A DNA stretch of 64,000 nucleotides from the human T2T-CHM13v2.0 reference genome, Homo sapiens: assembly GCF_009914755.1 (NCBI RefSeq), contig NC_060929.1; one strand, written 5' to 3'. Shown here piece after piece: positions 29,767 to 44,406 of the stretch. Every line of letters begins with the position of its first letter. Position 1 is the stretch's first letter. Below the pieces are notes generated by a model. That model was not told the DNA's origin. It searched no databases and saw only the letters and a program-made list of their open reading frames with translations. Made by a program: the position numbers and the translations under genes.

Positions 29767-30790
29767 AAAATGAATGTATTTTGCATGTAAGAAGGACATG
29801 AGTTTTGGGGAGACACAAATGGAGTGCTATGGTTTGGATGTAATTTGTCCCTGACAAAAGTCACATTTACATTTAATTGCCAATGAAATAGTATTGGGAA
29901 GTGGTGCCTTTAAGAGGTGATTAGGTCCTTAAGGTAGATTAATGTCTTTGTCTCAAGACTGGGTTATTTCTCAGGACTGGATTAGTTCTTGTGGGAATGG
30001 GCTAGTTCTCTAGCAAGCAGGTTGTTACAAAGTGAGGTTGTCTCTTGTGTTTTACACTTTTGGAATGTCTGCTTCTCTCTCCCTTTATGATGCAGCATGA
30101 GGCCCTCACCAGAAGTTGAGCAGATGCCAGTGTTATGCTTCTTGCACTTCCCAGCCTCCAGAATTATCAGCCGAATAAACAACTTTTCTTTATAAATTAC
30201 CTAGTCTCTGGAATTCTGTTATAGCAAAACAAAATGGGCTAAGACATAGGATAATATCCGTATCTTAAGGTCAGCTATCTGGTAACCTTAATTATATATT
30301 CCAAGTCCCTTCACAGCTGTACTTAGGCTCGTGTTTGATTGAGTAAGCAGGAAATGGAAATTTTTGAGGAACATGTTTAGAGGTATATCTACCACACAGG
30401 GCAAAAGGTTGATTTTTCTAATTCTATCATATTCATTACCTTCATCAGACTGTATTCTTTGATAAGGAAGAACATTCCTTCCTTACCTGCAAATAAATCA
30501 CAGTTCTTCATAAAGAGGCCAACTGCTTAATTCTTTCCCTCTGGTTACCAATTTTCAGATAACTTTAATCTAAAAATGGCAAATTGGCTATATTTTTAAA
30601 GAGATTATGAAACCATGACTTTGCTTATTAAATGTTTTATTATCAGTAAGAACCCTTATTCTGTTTTATCCTCAAATTGCACCAACTTTGCCCAAAAGAA
30701 GCACTTTCTAGTTGGTTCTTCTGTCCTTTTCACATGCGTCCATTAGACTGAATGTTTGATTTCTGACAAGGCACAATGTTGTACGTAGGC

Positions 30791-31130
30791 CAGGCGTCCC
30801 AAACCCCCAGGCCACAGACCAGTGCTGATTGGTGGCCTGTTAGGAACCGGGCTGCACAGCAGGAGGTGAGCACCAGGTGAGGGAGCATTACTGCCTAAGC
30901 TCCACCTCCTGTCAGATCAGTGGCAGCATAATATTCTCATAGGAACATAAACCCTACTGTGAACTGTACACGCAAGGGATCTAGGTTGCACACTCCTTAT
31001 GAGAATCTAACTAACGCTTGATGATCTAAGGTGAAACAGTTTCATCCCAAAACATCCCCCACCCCCAGTCCATGGAGAAACTGTCTTCCATGAAACCAGT
31101 CCCTGGTGCCAAAAAGGTTGGGAACTGCTG
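30791..31130 (+). mobile_element. MER1B-like hAT/Charlie element
   Basis: caggcgtcccaaacccccaggccacagacc...gtccctggtgccaaaaaggttgggaactgctg. Confidence 0.88.
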
Positions 31131-31235
31131 TCTAGGGCTCGTCTTTTATTTTCTTAGTTCCAAATTTGGAATCCGCCTTTTCTCCAAGGAGCCCTGGCTT
31201 TTTACTAAGCAATGCATTTAGGAACCAGGATCTTA

Positions 31236-31238
31236 TAC

Positions 31239-31310
<72 letters not shown>
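31236..31310 (+). repeat. (TACATA)n hexanucleotide microsatellite
   Basis: About 11-12 near-perfect units seen directly. Confidence 0.95.
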
Positions 31311-31636
31311 CACTATATGTATGCATTGCTACTAGGGAGTCAGTACTTCCAAGCCCTTTTGGTGAGTAAATCTAGGAAATATATTTTTTAAACATAATGA
31401 GTTTATGGTGAAATTCCCAAAATATTGTTATCTGCTTTGATTTTATATTCATACCTTTCTCTAATCCTGAAAATCTTGATTCATAATTACATTTATATAT
31501 TTATTTGCTTTAATATACCATATTGATAAACTTGTTTCAAAATCATTGCACCACTATCAATGTAACAGTAAAACCAGTAAGTTAATTTTAACATTTCACT
31601 GGCCATTGTTTTTATCCTGAGGATATATCCAGCAAA

Positions 31637-32078
31637 GTAAGGACCTGGAGCCAACCCAACTGCCCATCAATGTTAGACTGAATAAAGAAAATGTGGCACA
31701 TATACACCATGGAATACTATGCAGCCATAATAAAAAAGAATGAGTTCGTGTCCTTTGCAGGGACACGGGTAAAGCTGGAAACCATCATTCTCAGCAAACT
31801 AACACAGGAACAGAAAACCAAACACCGCATGTTCTCACTCATAAGTGGGAGTTGAACAATGAGAACGTATGGACAGAGGGAGGAGAACATCACAAACCAG
31901 GGCCTGTCGGGGGGAGGAGGGGGTAAGGAGAGGGACAGCATTAGGAGAAATACCTAATGTAGATGACAGGTTGATGAGTGCAGCAAACCACCATGGCAGA
32001 TGTATACCTATGTAACAAACCTGCATGTTCTGCACATGTATCCCAGAACTTAAAGTATTAAAAAATAAAATTAAAAAA
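31637..32078 (+). mobile_element. 5'-truncated L1PA 3' end flanked by a 73-bp direct repeat
   Basis: ORF2 end, 3'UTR and A-tail. Repeats at 31564-31636 and 32079-32151. Confidence 0.94.
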
Positions 32079-35000
32079 AACAGTAAAACCACTTAGTTAA
32101 TTTTAACATTTCACTGGCCATTGTTTTTATCCCGAGGATATATCCAGCAAAAGAAGGACAATGTACTGACTCTATTCCAAATATTTGAAGTATTTTCTTT
32201 TTCTCTGCTCAGTTACATTACCAACTAGATGCATATTTAAGCTCATATGTTTCATTTTCTTTTCAGTTTTAGGGTATTCTTTAAGCACATCAAAATTTGT
32301 ATATGGTCCAAATATCAAAATTACACAAAAAGGTATTAGAAAATTCACAAAGCTATCCCTTCATCCCATTCCTCCACATTCCCCATAGATAAATGTGGTT
32401 ATTAATTTTACCTTTCCAGTTTTTTCCACAATAATAAACAACAAATATATGTATTTATTTCCTTTCCTTTCTCATACAAATGGGAAAATACAACTGTAAG
32501 TTCATAAGATATTGGCAATTTCTCCTTTAAAGGAATTTACCACTTTACACTCCCACCAGCAAGATATGAAAAGTCCTGTTTCTCTATAGCCTCATCTACT
32601 AAATGAGGTTAAACATCTTTTCATATGTTTAAAGACTATTTGCATTTCTTTCCCTATGAACCACTGGTTCATGCATCATACCCACTGATGCATTTGTAAG
32701 GGGGGTTTGGTTTGGGTTTTTTGTTTTGTTCTGTTTCTGTTGTTTTGGTCTTTCACTTTTCAACTTTTAGAAAGGCAAGTAGTCTTTGGAATCTTCCTTG
32801 CTATCCAATAAGACAAGATATCCCCATTTCATGGCACTCATTTCTTGCCCCAGTCAGGAATCAGGTATTTCTCCAAAGAATTCAGGTTCTTTATTAGAAT
32901 CCAGGTTTTGTTATTAGGTTGGCATTTCAAGACCATAATCAGCGCCACTGGGTTGGTAGGTTTTATTTCATTTTTTGCATTTAGATCTCTAATTCATTTG
33001 GAGTTAATTCTGGTGTACACAGTGATGAAGAGCCAATTTTTATATTCCTATGGGTGATTACCTATCAATTGCTAAAAGTCCCTTTTCCCCCACTGATTTA
33101 TGATTGCACCTTAACATAAAATATATTTCCATGTGTAGTTGGGCTTTCTATGTATTTCTGCGCTTTGCATTCTGTTCAGTTGGTCTGTGGGTCTGTTCAT
33201 ATATAAATACTATATTTTTAAAGAGGCTTATAGTTTTTCTCAACCACAAAAACATGGAAAATTATGTCAGCAACTGTTTTGTTTTCAATTCTAAAATATC
33301 TACTTAGTAATACTATCCTATACGTAGTATTCCACTTATAGGAATGGATATTAGACAGAGATGAAAGTAAAAGGAGTCTGCTAACAAATTCTGGGCCAAT
33401 GGTCATTTCTTCATCTCTCCTACAGAAAGATAAGCTTGATGTCAGTAATAATAAGTAGACAGAGTGAGGAGAAAGAAAATCAGCAAACTAAACCATTATA
33501 ACAGCAATAATAAATTAAAAATCTTCTTAATGAATAGCCTAATCAACACATTTTCTTTCAATCCTCCTAACATTTGCATAGCACATTAAAGAATATAAAA
33601 TAATATCGCATCTACCCACATTATTCTTCACAACAGAATAAATAATTTTATTCTCATTTTATAACAGAGGCTTGCAAATACCACTTTTCTAAAGTCATAC
33701 AGACGTGACTGAGCCAGAACTAAGACCCAGATCTCCTGATGGCCAATACAAGATGTGTGAATTTCACATTACATAAAGGTATCAATTATACACAGAAAAT
33801 CACATTATGTTCAAATATTTGGGTGCTAAAATAATGAAGTTGTTCCTAGTTTCAAATATGTAAATACAGCCATTGAAAAACTCCTATAAGATGGCACTAG
33901 CCTACATTGTTTAATCTCATTTTTTAAATGTAATATTTTTCAGTAATTTTCCATTATTTTAGAAAACATATTACTAATTTAGGTCCAGAGAATAAAATTG
34001 TACTCTTAGTTGTTTTTATAAGTGTGATCCTATCCATCAATAAGAAAACAAGCTTATAAGATTACCTAATTGTTGCTATTCTCTTTTTAAACACATTGAC
34101 AATTTATTAATTCTTAAAGAGGTTTTCAAGATATATATCAAAGAAAACACAAAGACCAAAATTAGGCAAGAAAACAGAATCTTTCATTATAATGTCTGCT
34201 GAATTATAAATTCTCCATTTAACATTATAATAATTCAGTACTGGCATGAAAGAGAAAACTGATAAAATTTCACAAGTTACATGCTGTTTCTACCAACCTA
34301 TTTACTACTTAATATGGTAGCCTTTCCAGTCTTTCTCTGAGTTTAACAGAAACATTATTTCTTGGCATTCAACTCCAATATATATTATATATACACTAAA
34401 GTACTAAAATGGTACTTTGAGAGTTACCACTTCACACCACTCTCCCACCTCCTTAAGCTAACAGTATTTTTCTAAATTTGGAGAAATTATCCAAACTTAT
34501 TAAGGGCTATGTATTTTTTAAAGCTCTATGTGGATAGTATAAAAATATATACATATTAGCAAAAGCATTTGTTTGACTATAAAAACATAACTGTGTGAAT
34601 GTAAAGAATATTCTTTTGTGTATTATGGCACTGCATTCTAAAAAACAAACTGACATCTCAGTTTATTTTACTTACACAATAAGTTTAATTTACATTTAAA
34701 TGATAGTGCATTTCAGGAGCAAGACTTAAAAACAATTCCTACTGAATGACTGCTATAATAATCTCCTTAAGAAAGAAATAAACATAAACTAAAACAACAG
34801 TTGTGAAACATATATAGTAGCGCTCAGCTAAAGACAAAACTCGATATTCAGTAGGAAAATACTAAAAAAAAAAAAAACAGAAGGGGTTTTTGTTTAGATT
34901 TCTGGTTGAAATCAAAATCTGTTTCCTTAAGTCTTCAATCTTGAGCATATCAAAAGCTATTTATTAAGGCAGACTTTCAGGCAGTAAACTCAAATTTCCA

Positions 35001-35802
35001 CTATCCTCTGTATACTCTCCTATGATGATCAATCAGAAGAGAAGATGGTTTTTAGTGCTTCTATGTCCAAGACCTGATGAAATCCTTTCCACAGGTTCTC
35101 AGTTAATGAAACTAACATAAAGTACTAAATTATTTCCAGAATTTAAATACAAAGGTTTATCTGTTTTCTAGGAACTGTGGAAAGTTACATAAGAACTCAC
35201 ATTTTCTAAATCATAATGATAAACATCTGAAGTTTGAATGTAAGTGTCAGAGGTGTTTGAACCAAAGCAACTCCATCTTGAATAGGAGGTGGGTAAAATG
35301 AGGCTTAGACCTACTGGGCTGCATTCCTAGACCATTAAGACACTCTAAGTCACAGGATGAGATAGGAGGTTAGCACAAGATGCAGGTCATAAAGACCTTG
35401 CTGATAAAACAGGCTGAAGTAAGGAAGCTAGCCAAAACCCAGTAAAACCAAGATGCCCATGAGAGTAACCTCTGGTCCTCACTGCTACACTGCCACCAGC
35501 ACCATGACAGTTTACCAAATGCCATGGCAACATCAGGAAGTTACCCTATATGGTCTAAAAAGGGGAGGCAGGAATGATGTACCCCTTGTTCAGCATATCA
35601 TCAAGAAATAACCATAAAAATGGGCAACCAGCAGCCCTCAGGGCTGTTCTGTCTGTGGAGTAGCCATTCTTTTATTCCTCATCATTCTTAATAAACTTGT
35701 TTTCACTTTACTCTATGGACTCGCCCCGAATTCTTTCTTGTGCAAGATACCAGAACCCTCTCCTGGGGTCTGGATCAGGACCTCTTTCCTGTAACATCTT
35801 TC

Positions 35803-35821
35803 TGGCAACCATAGAAGGGAC
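35803..35821 (+). promoter_or_regulatory. Primer-binding site, probably tRNA-Arg
   Basis: TGGCAACCATAGAAGGGAC lies just 3' of the LTR and resembles the complement of the tRNA-Arg(TCG) 3' end (TGGCRACCACGAAGGGA). Confidence 0.6.
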
Positions 35822-36407
35822 TATAGTGCAGAAACTCCCAAACCAAAGGCTAACTTTGGGTAAGTGGTGGGGTCTGGTAACATCTTTCTGGCAAACCCTG
35901 AAGAGATGATACTGAAGAACCATCACCCCCCAACCCCGATCACTGATCAAAAGGAAAAAGACTGCAGCACTGATCAACTGACTTTGGGTAAGTGGTGGGG
36001 TACCCGAGTAAAGGATGGGATTGGGTTAGAGGCCCAACTTAGGGGAGTTAGCATCTCTCCTAAGACAGAGTGGGCTGGAGGCACCTCTTAATAAAAGGCA
36101 AGGACCAACTTTGGGTTAGAGGCCCAAAACTGAGGAGGGTTAGAGTCTCTTCTAAGACTTAGGGGTTAGAGGCCCCTCTTGGTAAAGTCCCTTTAGGCTA
36201 AGAATGAGTTTGGCATCACAGGATGTTAACTGCTTTTCTCTGAATTAATCTGCCTTGTACTCTTTGCTAATGGCTATGGGTGACAGGATTAGGCATGTAC
36301 AGGATCGTGGGACATGGGGAGCTTTTTCCTCCCTAAAAGGGGAAACTTGAGAGCTAATGGGACTGCTGGAAAAGATCCCTTCTTGACTGACAAGCAGCCG
36401 CCTGAAC

Positions 36408-36693
36408 TTTTTTTTTTTTAATTATATTTTAAGTTTTAGGGTACATGTACACAACGTGCAGGTTTGTTACATATGTATACATGTGCCATGTTGGTGTGCT
36501 GCACCCACTAACTCGTCATTTGCATTAGGTATATCTCCTAATGCTATCCCTCCCCCCTCCCCCAACCCCACAACAGGCCCCAGTATGTGATATTCCCCTT
36601 CCTGTGTCCACGTGTTCTCATTGTTCAATTCCCACCTATGAGTGAGAACATGTGAGTGTTTGGTTTTGTCCTTGCAATAGTTTGCTGAGAATG
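36408..36693 (-). mobile_element. Young L1PA 3' end inserted in MER41-int
   Basis: Poly(T), then aagttttagggtacatgtacacaacgtgcaggtttgttac...tttgctgagaatg. No clear TSD. Confidence 0.92.
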
Positions 36694-38368
36694 TGTCACT
36701 GCAATGGGTGGGTCTTTCTCTGGCCTCCCTGAGCTCTTCACCTTCCTCAGCATGCCACAGGCAATGCTTTTATCTCTCTCCATTCCCTTTCTTATCTTTT
36801 CTATTACTCAGGGCAACTATCTTGCCCAGAGATCACAAGTTGAAACTCCTGGTGGGAGGTTAGATTAATGATGACAGGGCCCAACAGGGGGCAAGTTTGA
36901 ACCTTGCCAGTTTGATATTGGGTGCTAAGCAGAGGAGCTAATGTCTATGTTTCGTCACACGTATTTTGCTCTGGCCAGAAAGGAAAAAGATAACTTTCCT
37001 CTGTGTTGCGACTTGGCCCCCAGGGCTGTGGTGCAGCCAGCCAGGTTACTAGGGCCGCTGAGGAAAAGGGAACCCAGAAGCCTGGCATGTCAGCAAAAGT
37101 GTAAGAATTTCTTACTAGTCAGACTTCTGGCCTCTCTGTCTCTCTCGGTCTCTCTCTCTCTCTCTCTCTGTGCAAACCGGTTGAATAAACGGTAAAAATC
37201 ACTAGTTATCTCCTGTAAAGTTTTGATTAATGGGAAAAAGGATTCATGAGGCTAGTCTTAAGCTGCAGTGAATCTAGTGTGCTTTGTGTGTCCTTCTGTA
37301 TTGTCTGTCATAATGAGGGACACATTAGGATAGAACATGAGCTTAGGACACCTGTAAGCCCACTTTTCAAGACGGCCCAGCAAACTGGTCAGTCATGTCC
37401 TTGGGAGCTTGACCTTGTAACCACGTGGCCGTGCTTTCTCTTTTCACAATGGCAGCCCAGGTTTAGGGTCCAATTCCTGGCTTAGGGAATGGGTCCTTTA
37501 TCTTCTGTCTCTCTGTGTATTTATATGTGTTGTGTGTGTGATGTTTATATATGAAAGAGCTTAAATTAATTGATTTAATAATAATAAGAGCTTAAATTAA
37601 ATACATTGTCAGAAAAGTAAAAAGTGTAATGCCTTTTATTTAGTTCATGTGACTTAAGTCATCTTTGGCAAATAAAGACAGTTTTAAAGATATTGGTAAA
37701 ATAAAAATATCTTCAAAATGTAAACATTTGGTCTAAATTATGTAGGACAGATATTAAGTTTCCTAAATGCTTTCAGATCATAAACTACTTCTTTGACTAT
37801 TAAAAACTGCTCAATTTACCTACCTTGGAGCATTAGATCCTAGATAAGGCCTGGGAAATGTGGAGTTAGCCACGTCCCCTAGCTATGACGGAAAGAGTCA
37901 GCCCCTATCTGCACTTTGCCTGGTGTGTCTTAGGCTAGTCTCCACATCTAGCACATAATTAAAATCCTGAACTTACCAAGATTTTTCACAAAAAAAAAAT
38001 GAAAATTACTAAGAGTTAACAGTGTAACATGTAACTGAGACTACAGAAGAAACAGTTCTACACGCAAGGTATGTAAAGAAAGTGAAATGTGTTTCTGATA
38101 AAAGATTACAAGAAGGCATAGGAATGTGAATTTCCTGCCTAGATTAAAGGTTTAAAGGACTGTTTAAAGTTAGATGGAATAAAGCTGAAGGTTTAAGCAA
38201 GTTGTGGAAGGTTTGTAAAAAATTAATCTCGTAAAAAAAATTCTGTGTGTGAATATATTGGCTAAAGTAAAAGGGGTATTATTCAGTTTTTCTGTAAACT
38301 GAACATTAGAATAAAAGTACAACAGGTTTTTCTTAGAGCACTGATCTGCTGTTTAACAAAAGATCAGC

Positions 38369-38658
<290 letters not shown>

Positions 38659-40935
38659 ACAAAAGATCTGCTTTTAACAAAAATTTGTAATGGGTTATAA
38701 AAAGTTTATGTGAATCTTACCTTATGGTCAAGCATTAAAATTGGGTAGATATGTCTATAAGGCTTTCTTAAGAATTGGGTGTCACATAAATAGTACACTA
38801 ATTCCAAGGTAAAATTTGGCTTATATGGTATAAAAGTCATACAGGAAGTATAATCAAATGTCAAATGGTGTTTAACTTTCTTTGGGTTATATTTATATAA
38901 ACTTGTTATTAGTACATATTACAAAATTGTGTAAGATGCCTATAATTCTGATATGCTTCAGTATATATCATCAGTAATAATTATAATTGTTACATAAAAT
39001 CACTGTATGCCACAGAGATAACCAAATTTCTTTGTCAATCGTGTTTTTGACTGTGGCTGCCCTAAAATATTTTGTCATCCACAGGCAATTGTTGTCTTGT
39101 TTTAATCCTCTTTAGAAGGTGGTTTATAATCAACTATAGAACTCTAACAGGTGTTCTTAAATGCAGGTTTCTGATAACTTTGAAAATTGAGACATCAGAA
39201 TAGAGGAAAAAAAACTTTCAGGACTCTCATGGAGACCTGAAGTGTTCCTGAATATCAAGCAGAACTAAGGATTTAACTGAATAGACTGAACCAATAGAAA
39301 ACTAAAGTAATCTTTTTAACTTTGCTTGAAACACTGCTGATCTTTTCGTTTTACAGTCAAGAAAACTTTTCTTTTGAGCTATTTACAGATTTTAGCAATT
39401 GAGTAAAGTATACTCCTGTGAACAAAATTTGAAGGATAGTTGCTTCTCTCTACCTGATTTCTCCAAAATTTGGAAACTAGTTCTGAGTATTCTTAACTTA
39501 CAGCAATATAGTTATTTGCATAAGTGCAGTAAGAATCTGTTTTCTCTTGTAACAGGACACAACTGGAAAAACTGGTTATTTTACCAAGTCTTTGACTGAA
39601 ACAGCATGCTTTCCTTTAAGGAATCAAATTTGACTTGTAGAGCCAATAAAAGCCCCTAGCAGACCTGGCCTCATACTTTACCTACACAGTCCCTGTACAG
39701 GGTTTCTGACCTGTGGCAAATAAAAAATGTCACTTTCTAACAGGTCCAGGAGACCCAAGTTATCTTGGGACCTCAAAAGGAGAATAATTTACCCAACTCA
39801 TAGGTATTTGAGGGTACAAATCCATGGCTGGGCTCAGCTTTTAAAAAGTCTTATCTGAGATTCCCTATGGAAAAGAGTTCCATCAAAGCCAATTTTTAAA
39901 GCCTAAGTGAAAAATAATTGTTCTTGCTGCACTTTATACAAATAATCAGGCAAAGTATAATAAAGCAAATTGGTCTTACCATGATTTGTCTTTAGTAAAA
40001 ATGGAAAACTTGAGAGAGAAATTATGTTTCAAGAATTATGGTACACTTGTTACTAATTTCTAGTCTCATTAGTTGTTTTTAGGTTTGCTTCTGCAATTTT
40101 GGCTAACCCTGCTTATTCCTGTGAATGAACCAGTGGTCTCTGACTGCTACTCAGAAAAAACAAGAGGGTTGGGTAACGTAAAAATCTGGATCAGTAGCCT
40201 AATTCTGGGCATGTATTGGAATTGGCTAGCACCCCACATCAGCTTGGTTCTAACAGTTGCCCAATTCATGGAACACATTCTAACTTAGTTTACTTGGAAT
40301 AATTTTACTTATTTTGCTTTACTGTTGTGGAATATATTGCTGTTGTACTCTTTGTGTAGGAATGCAGAATAAGCTTACTCAATGTTTTCCTAAATTGAAC
40401 ACTTACTAATATTCCAGATATCACCTCTTGTTGGAACTCAAAAGTGATGAATGACCCATATCAACACTTTCGGACTGAGCTCCTCTCTACCGCACATACA
40501 GAAAGAGATCCTCATAGTCAGGCAGGAATATCATCGCCCCTATTCAGCCTGAAGAAGTTATAGAAGATAGATCTTCATCCCTCTGCAACCCTTAGGATTA
40601 AGGGTTATCCTATAAAAGGGAGGGTGGAAATGTCACAGGCGTTTGAACCAGAGCAACTCCGTCTTGAAAAGGAGCTGGGTAAAATGAGGCTGAGACCTAC
40701 TGGGCTGCATTCCTAGATGGTTAAGACATTCTAAGTCACAGGATGAAACAGGAGGTCGGCACAAGATACAGGTCATAAAGACCTTGCTGATAAAACAGGT
40801 TGCAGTAAAGAAGTTGGCCAAAACCCACCAAAACCAGATGGCCATGAGAGTGACCTCTGGTTGTCTTCACAGCTATACTCCCACTGGCACCATGACAGTT
40901 TACCAATGCCATGGCAACATCAGGAAGTTACCCTA

Positions 40936-41205
40936 CCAAGGCGGGTGGATCACCTGAGGTCACGAGTTGGAGACCAGATTGGCCAACATGAGGAAACCCC
41001 ATCTCTACTAAAAAATACAAAAATTAGCCAGGCATGGTGGCGCTTGCCTGTAATCCCAGCTACTTGGGAGACTGAGGTAAGAGAATTGCTTGAACCTGGG
41101 AGGCTGGAGTGCAGTGAGCTGAGATCATGCCACTGCACTCCAGCCTGGGCAACAGAGCAAGACTCCATCTCAAAAAAAAAAAAAAAAACAACAACCAAAA
41201 TAAAA
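40936..41205 (+). mobile_element. 5'-truncated Alu inserted in the MER41 3' LTR, 14-bp TSD aggaagttacccta
   Basis: TSD at 40922-40935 and 41206-41219. The same site is empty in the 5' LTR (~35535). Confidence 0.95.
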
Positions 41206-42223
41206 AGGAAGTTACCCTATATGGTTTTAAAAGGGGAGGTGTGAATAATCCACCCCTTGTTTAGCATATCATCAAGAAATAACCATAAAAATGGGCAACC
41301 AGCAGCCCTCAGGGCTGCTGTGTTTATGGAGTAGCCATTCTTTTCTTCTTTTACTTTCTTAATAAACTTGCTTTTACTTTACTTTATGAACTCACCCTGA
41401 ATTCTTTCTTATGTGACATCCAAGAACGCTCTCTTGGGGTCTCGATCAGGACCCCTTTCCTACAACATAAGTGTTAAAATCTTCCAATAAATTATGCCAC
41501 ATATAGTCTATTTTTATCAAATACTTTTGAATCACAAACACTTTAATAGTATGAAACTTCTAGCTCTTAAATGGAAGTTGAAATAATTAAAATTGTTTAG
41601 CTTAGAAACAGGAAAATTATCATTTTCTTTTCTTCAATAAGAAAATACACAAAATTAGGAACATTAAAAAATCTCTAAAATGCATAGGTCCAGAATTTAT
41701 ACTAAACACTTTATCTATTTGTATCACACTATTTATTATTCAACAAATATTGTCAGGACACAGAAAGTTTCCCCCAAAATTGCTTAAAAACATGTATTTT
41801 TTAAAAATGCAATGCAGAGTGATAAGTAGCATAAGAGATATACAGTAAACTCATCCCTTTATTTACTAACATTGCTTTCTTTTTTAAACTCTACTTATTT
41901 GAGTCTTCCTAAATGGCATTCATCTTTAACGTTGTCTTAAATCATTTTTCATATAAGATAAAATAGGTAGAAAAACAAAATGGGAAGAAAAGAAATCAGG
42001 AGAGAGAAAGATTGTAACAGAAGAGATGAGGGAAGGCTTCCTAAAGGAGGAGACATTTGAGCCAAAACAGGAAGACAGATGGAGGTGGGATACAGTGACA
42101 AGGAGAGAAGGACATTTCAAAGGGAGAAAACAGTGTAAGATGGAAGTATAAACTGTGAATGAAGAATAGTAGTTGGTTAAATTTCACTTGAACGCATGAC
42201 TCAGAAATGGAAATTATGGAATA

Positions 42224-42847
42224 TTATAGCAAAGTATCACCATTTTTCTGAGAGAGAGTTTAATTTTTTTTATTATTTTCTCTTATTTTCTCCTTTTCCC
42301 CTGTTCCTCAGCTTCCTATTTAGCCCTTTAGAAATGCAAATACAACGCTTTACCTCCCCCTCACCAGACATTCCCTACAGGGCAAGTTCATCTAACTGTG
42401 CTCCAAGAGGGATCTCTCCTCAAGAGTTGACAGTAGATTTGCAGACCAAAGTATACCCCATGGAACTCTCACTCTGGGACAGGGAGGAGGGGGAACAGTG
42501 GGGTGGGGGGATAACCTTGGAACTCATACCCACCAGGAGGGCATGTGGAAAGCATGCCCACTTGGCCACTTTTACAACTTACTTCTACCCAGGAAGGCGC
42601 CAACTTAACTGCCCAGTAGATAAGGCACCAGCTAGCAAGGGGACTCCCTGCCCTTGCTTGCTCCCTCCCCTATCTTAAAGTGCCTGCTTTCTGCTCCAAG
42701 AGTAAAGTAGTACATTTAAAGGCAGACTGTTTGTGCCTCTTTCCTCAAGCTAGCTTCGGGATAAATTCACTTTTTTTTTGTACCAGACCTCACTCATGCT
42801 TATCGGATTCTGCACACAGCAAACAACTAACCTGCTTTTTGGTTACA
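42224..42847 (+). mobile_element. Solo LTR (MER73/MER74-like ERVL)
   Basis: agaaatgcaaata...cctccccctcaccagacattccctacagggcaagttcatctaact...tttggttaca. Confidence 0.6.
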
Positions 42848-43259
42848 GAATCAATGAAAAGACAGGTCCACAGATGCATTAAGTCCCACTATCATGAATT
42901 CCAAATAACTAATTAACTATAGTGAAAACTCTGTCATTATTGGTATATAACCAGAACTCATACAACTAACTTCTAAGATGTAGGAAATAAAATTCAATTA
43001 ATAATTAACCTTCAACAGTGAAATTAGCAATCAAAACAAGTATTCCAAACATGACATAAGAAGCATGATGGTATGATACAAATACTGTAATAACCAGACT
43101 TTCTCTCTCCAATTCCTGGGTCTTTTTGTTGTACTGAGTTTTATGTTAGGAAAATATGTTTACTTTTGATCAAAATATTCAGGAAGAAAAAATGTTGGTA
43201 CTTAAAGCTGAGGAGTCCACTGATCTAAATAGAAACACTGCATTAAAAGTTAAATGCTA

Positions 43260-43562
<303 letters not shown>

Positions 43563-44081
43563 TTAAATGTTATAATTTTGGGTAATCACTTGGGTCCAAA
43601 TTGAATGTGAACACAAATGTGAAAGCAGGCATAGGAGGCAGTAATGTAGATAATACAGAATATGCTCTCTCTCTGTAAATAACCATCAAAGTAAAAACTC
43701 AAATATTTTGATTCTTATCGACTAAGGTACACCAAAAATAAATCTGTGTGCCTCCATATATCCAAAGAATTATGTATAAGATCCTAGGAAAAAGGAATCA
43801 TTTACACATGGAATTACCTAAAAAGACACATAGCTGGAGTTTAACATAGATGATGTTGGAGGATACATATTGATGGCATAAATGATGCAGATGCCAAAAA
43901 GGACAAGGTATATTTGAAGACTAGCAACCTGTCCAAGTGAGCTGGTGGTGTACATGGCTTATGGAAAATAGTAAATAAACAGTCCCATTTAAAAACAAAC
44001 ACAAAAACCACAAGCTCTTTTCTAAGGCCATTATAGTATGGTTATTCTATAATCAAAATACCACCAGTTTGCAACATATAA

Positions 44082-44406
<325 letters not shown>

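Larger units (their letters stand above)
26682..30246 (+). mobile_element. Two-LTR MST-type MaLR provirus (LTRs ~26682-27118 and ~29825-30246) inserted into an MLT1 LTR (~26225-26681 and 30247-30397)
   Basis: Both LTRs start tgctatggtttgg..gtaatttgt and end ctaagaYa. The internal region starts gaaaactggtact (MaLR-int). Degenerate 5-bp TSD cagca/tagga. Confidence 0.85.

Noticed and set aside
31132-31369. ORFs with YT/VY dipeptide repeats
   Set aside because: Translation of the (TACATA)n microsatellite.
35245-35796. Interferon-inducible MER41 STAT1 enhancer
   Set aside because: The tandem GAS block of MER41B is absent from both LTRs.
42196-42678. 160-aa ORF
   Set aside because: Lies within a solo LTR, has a low-complexity N-terminus and no recognisable domain.
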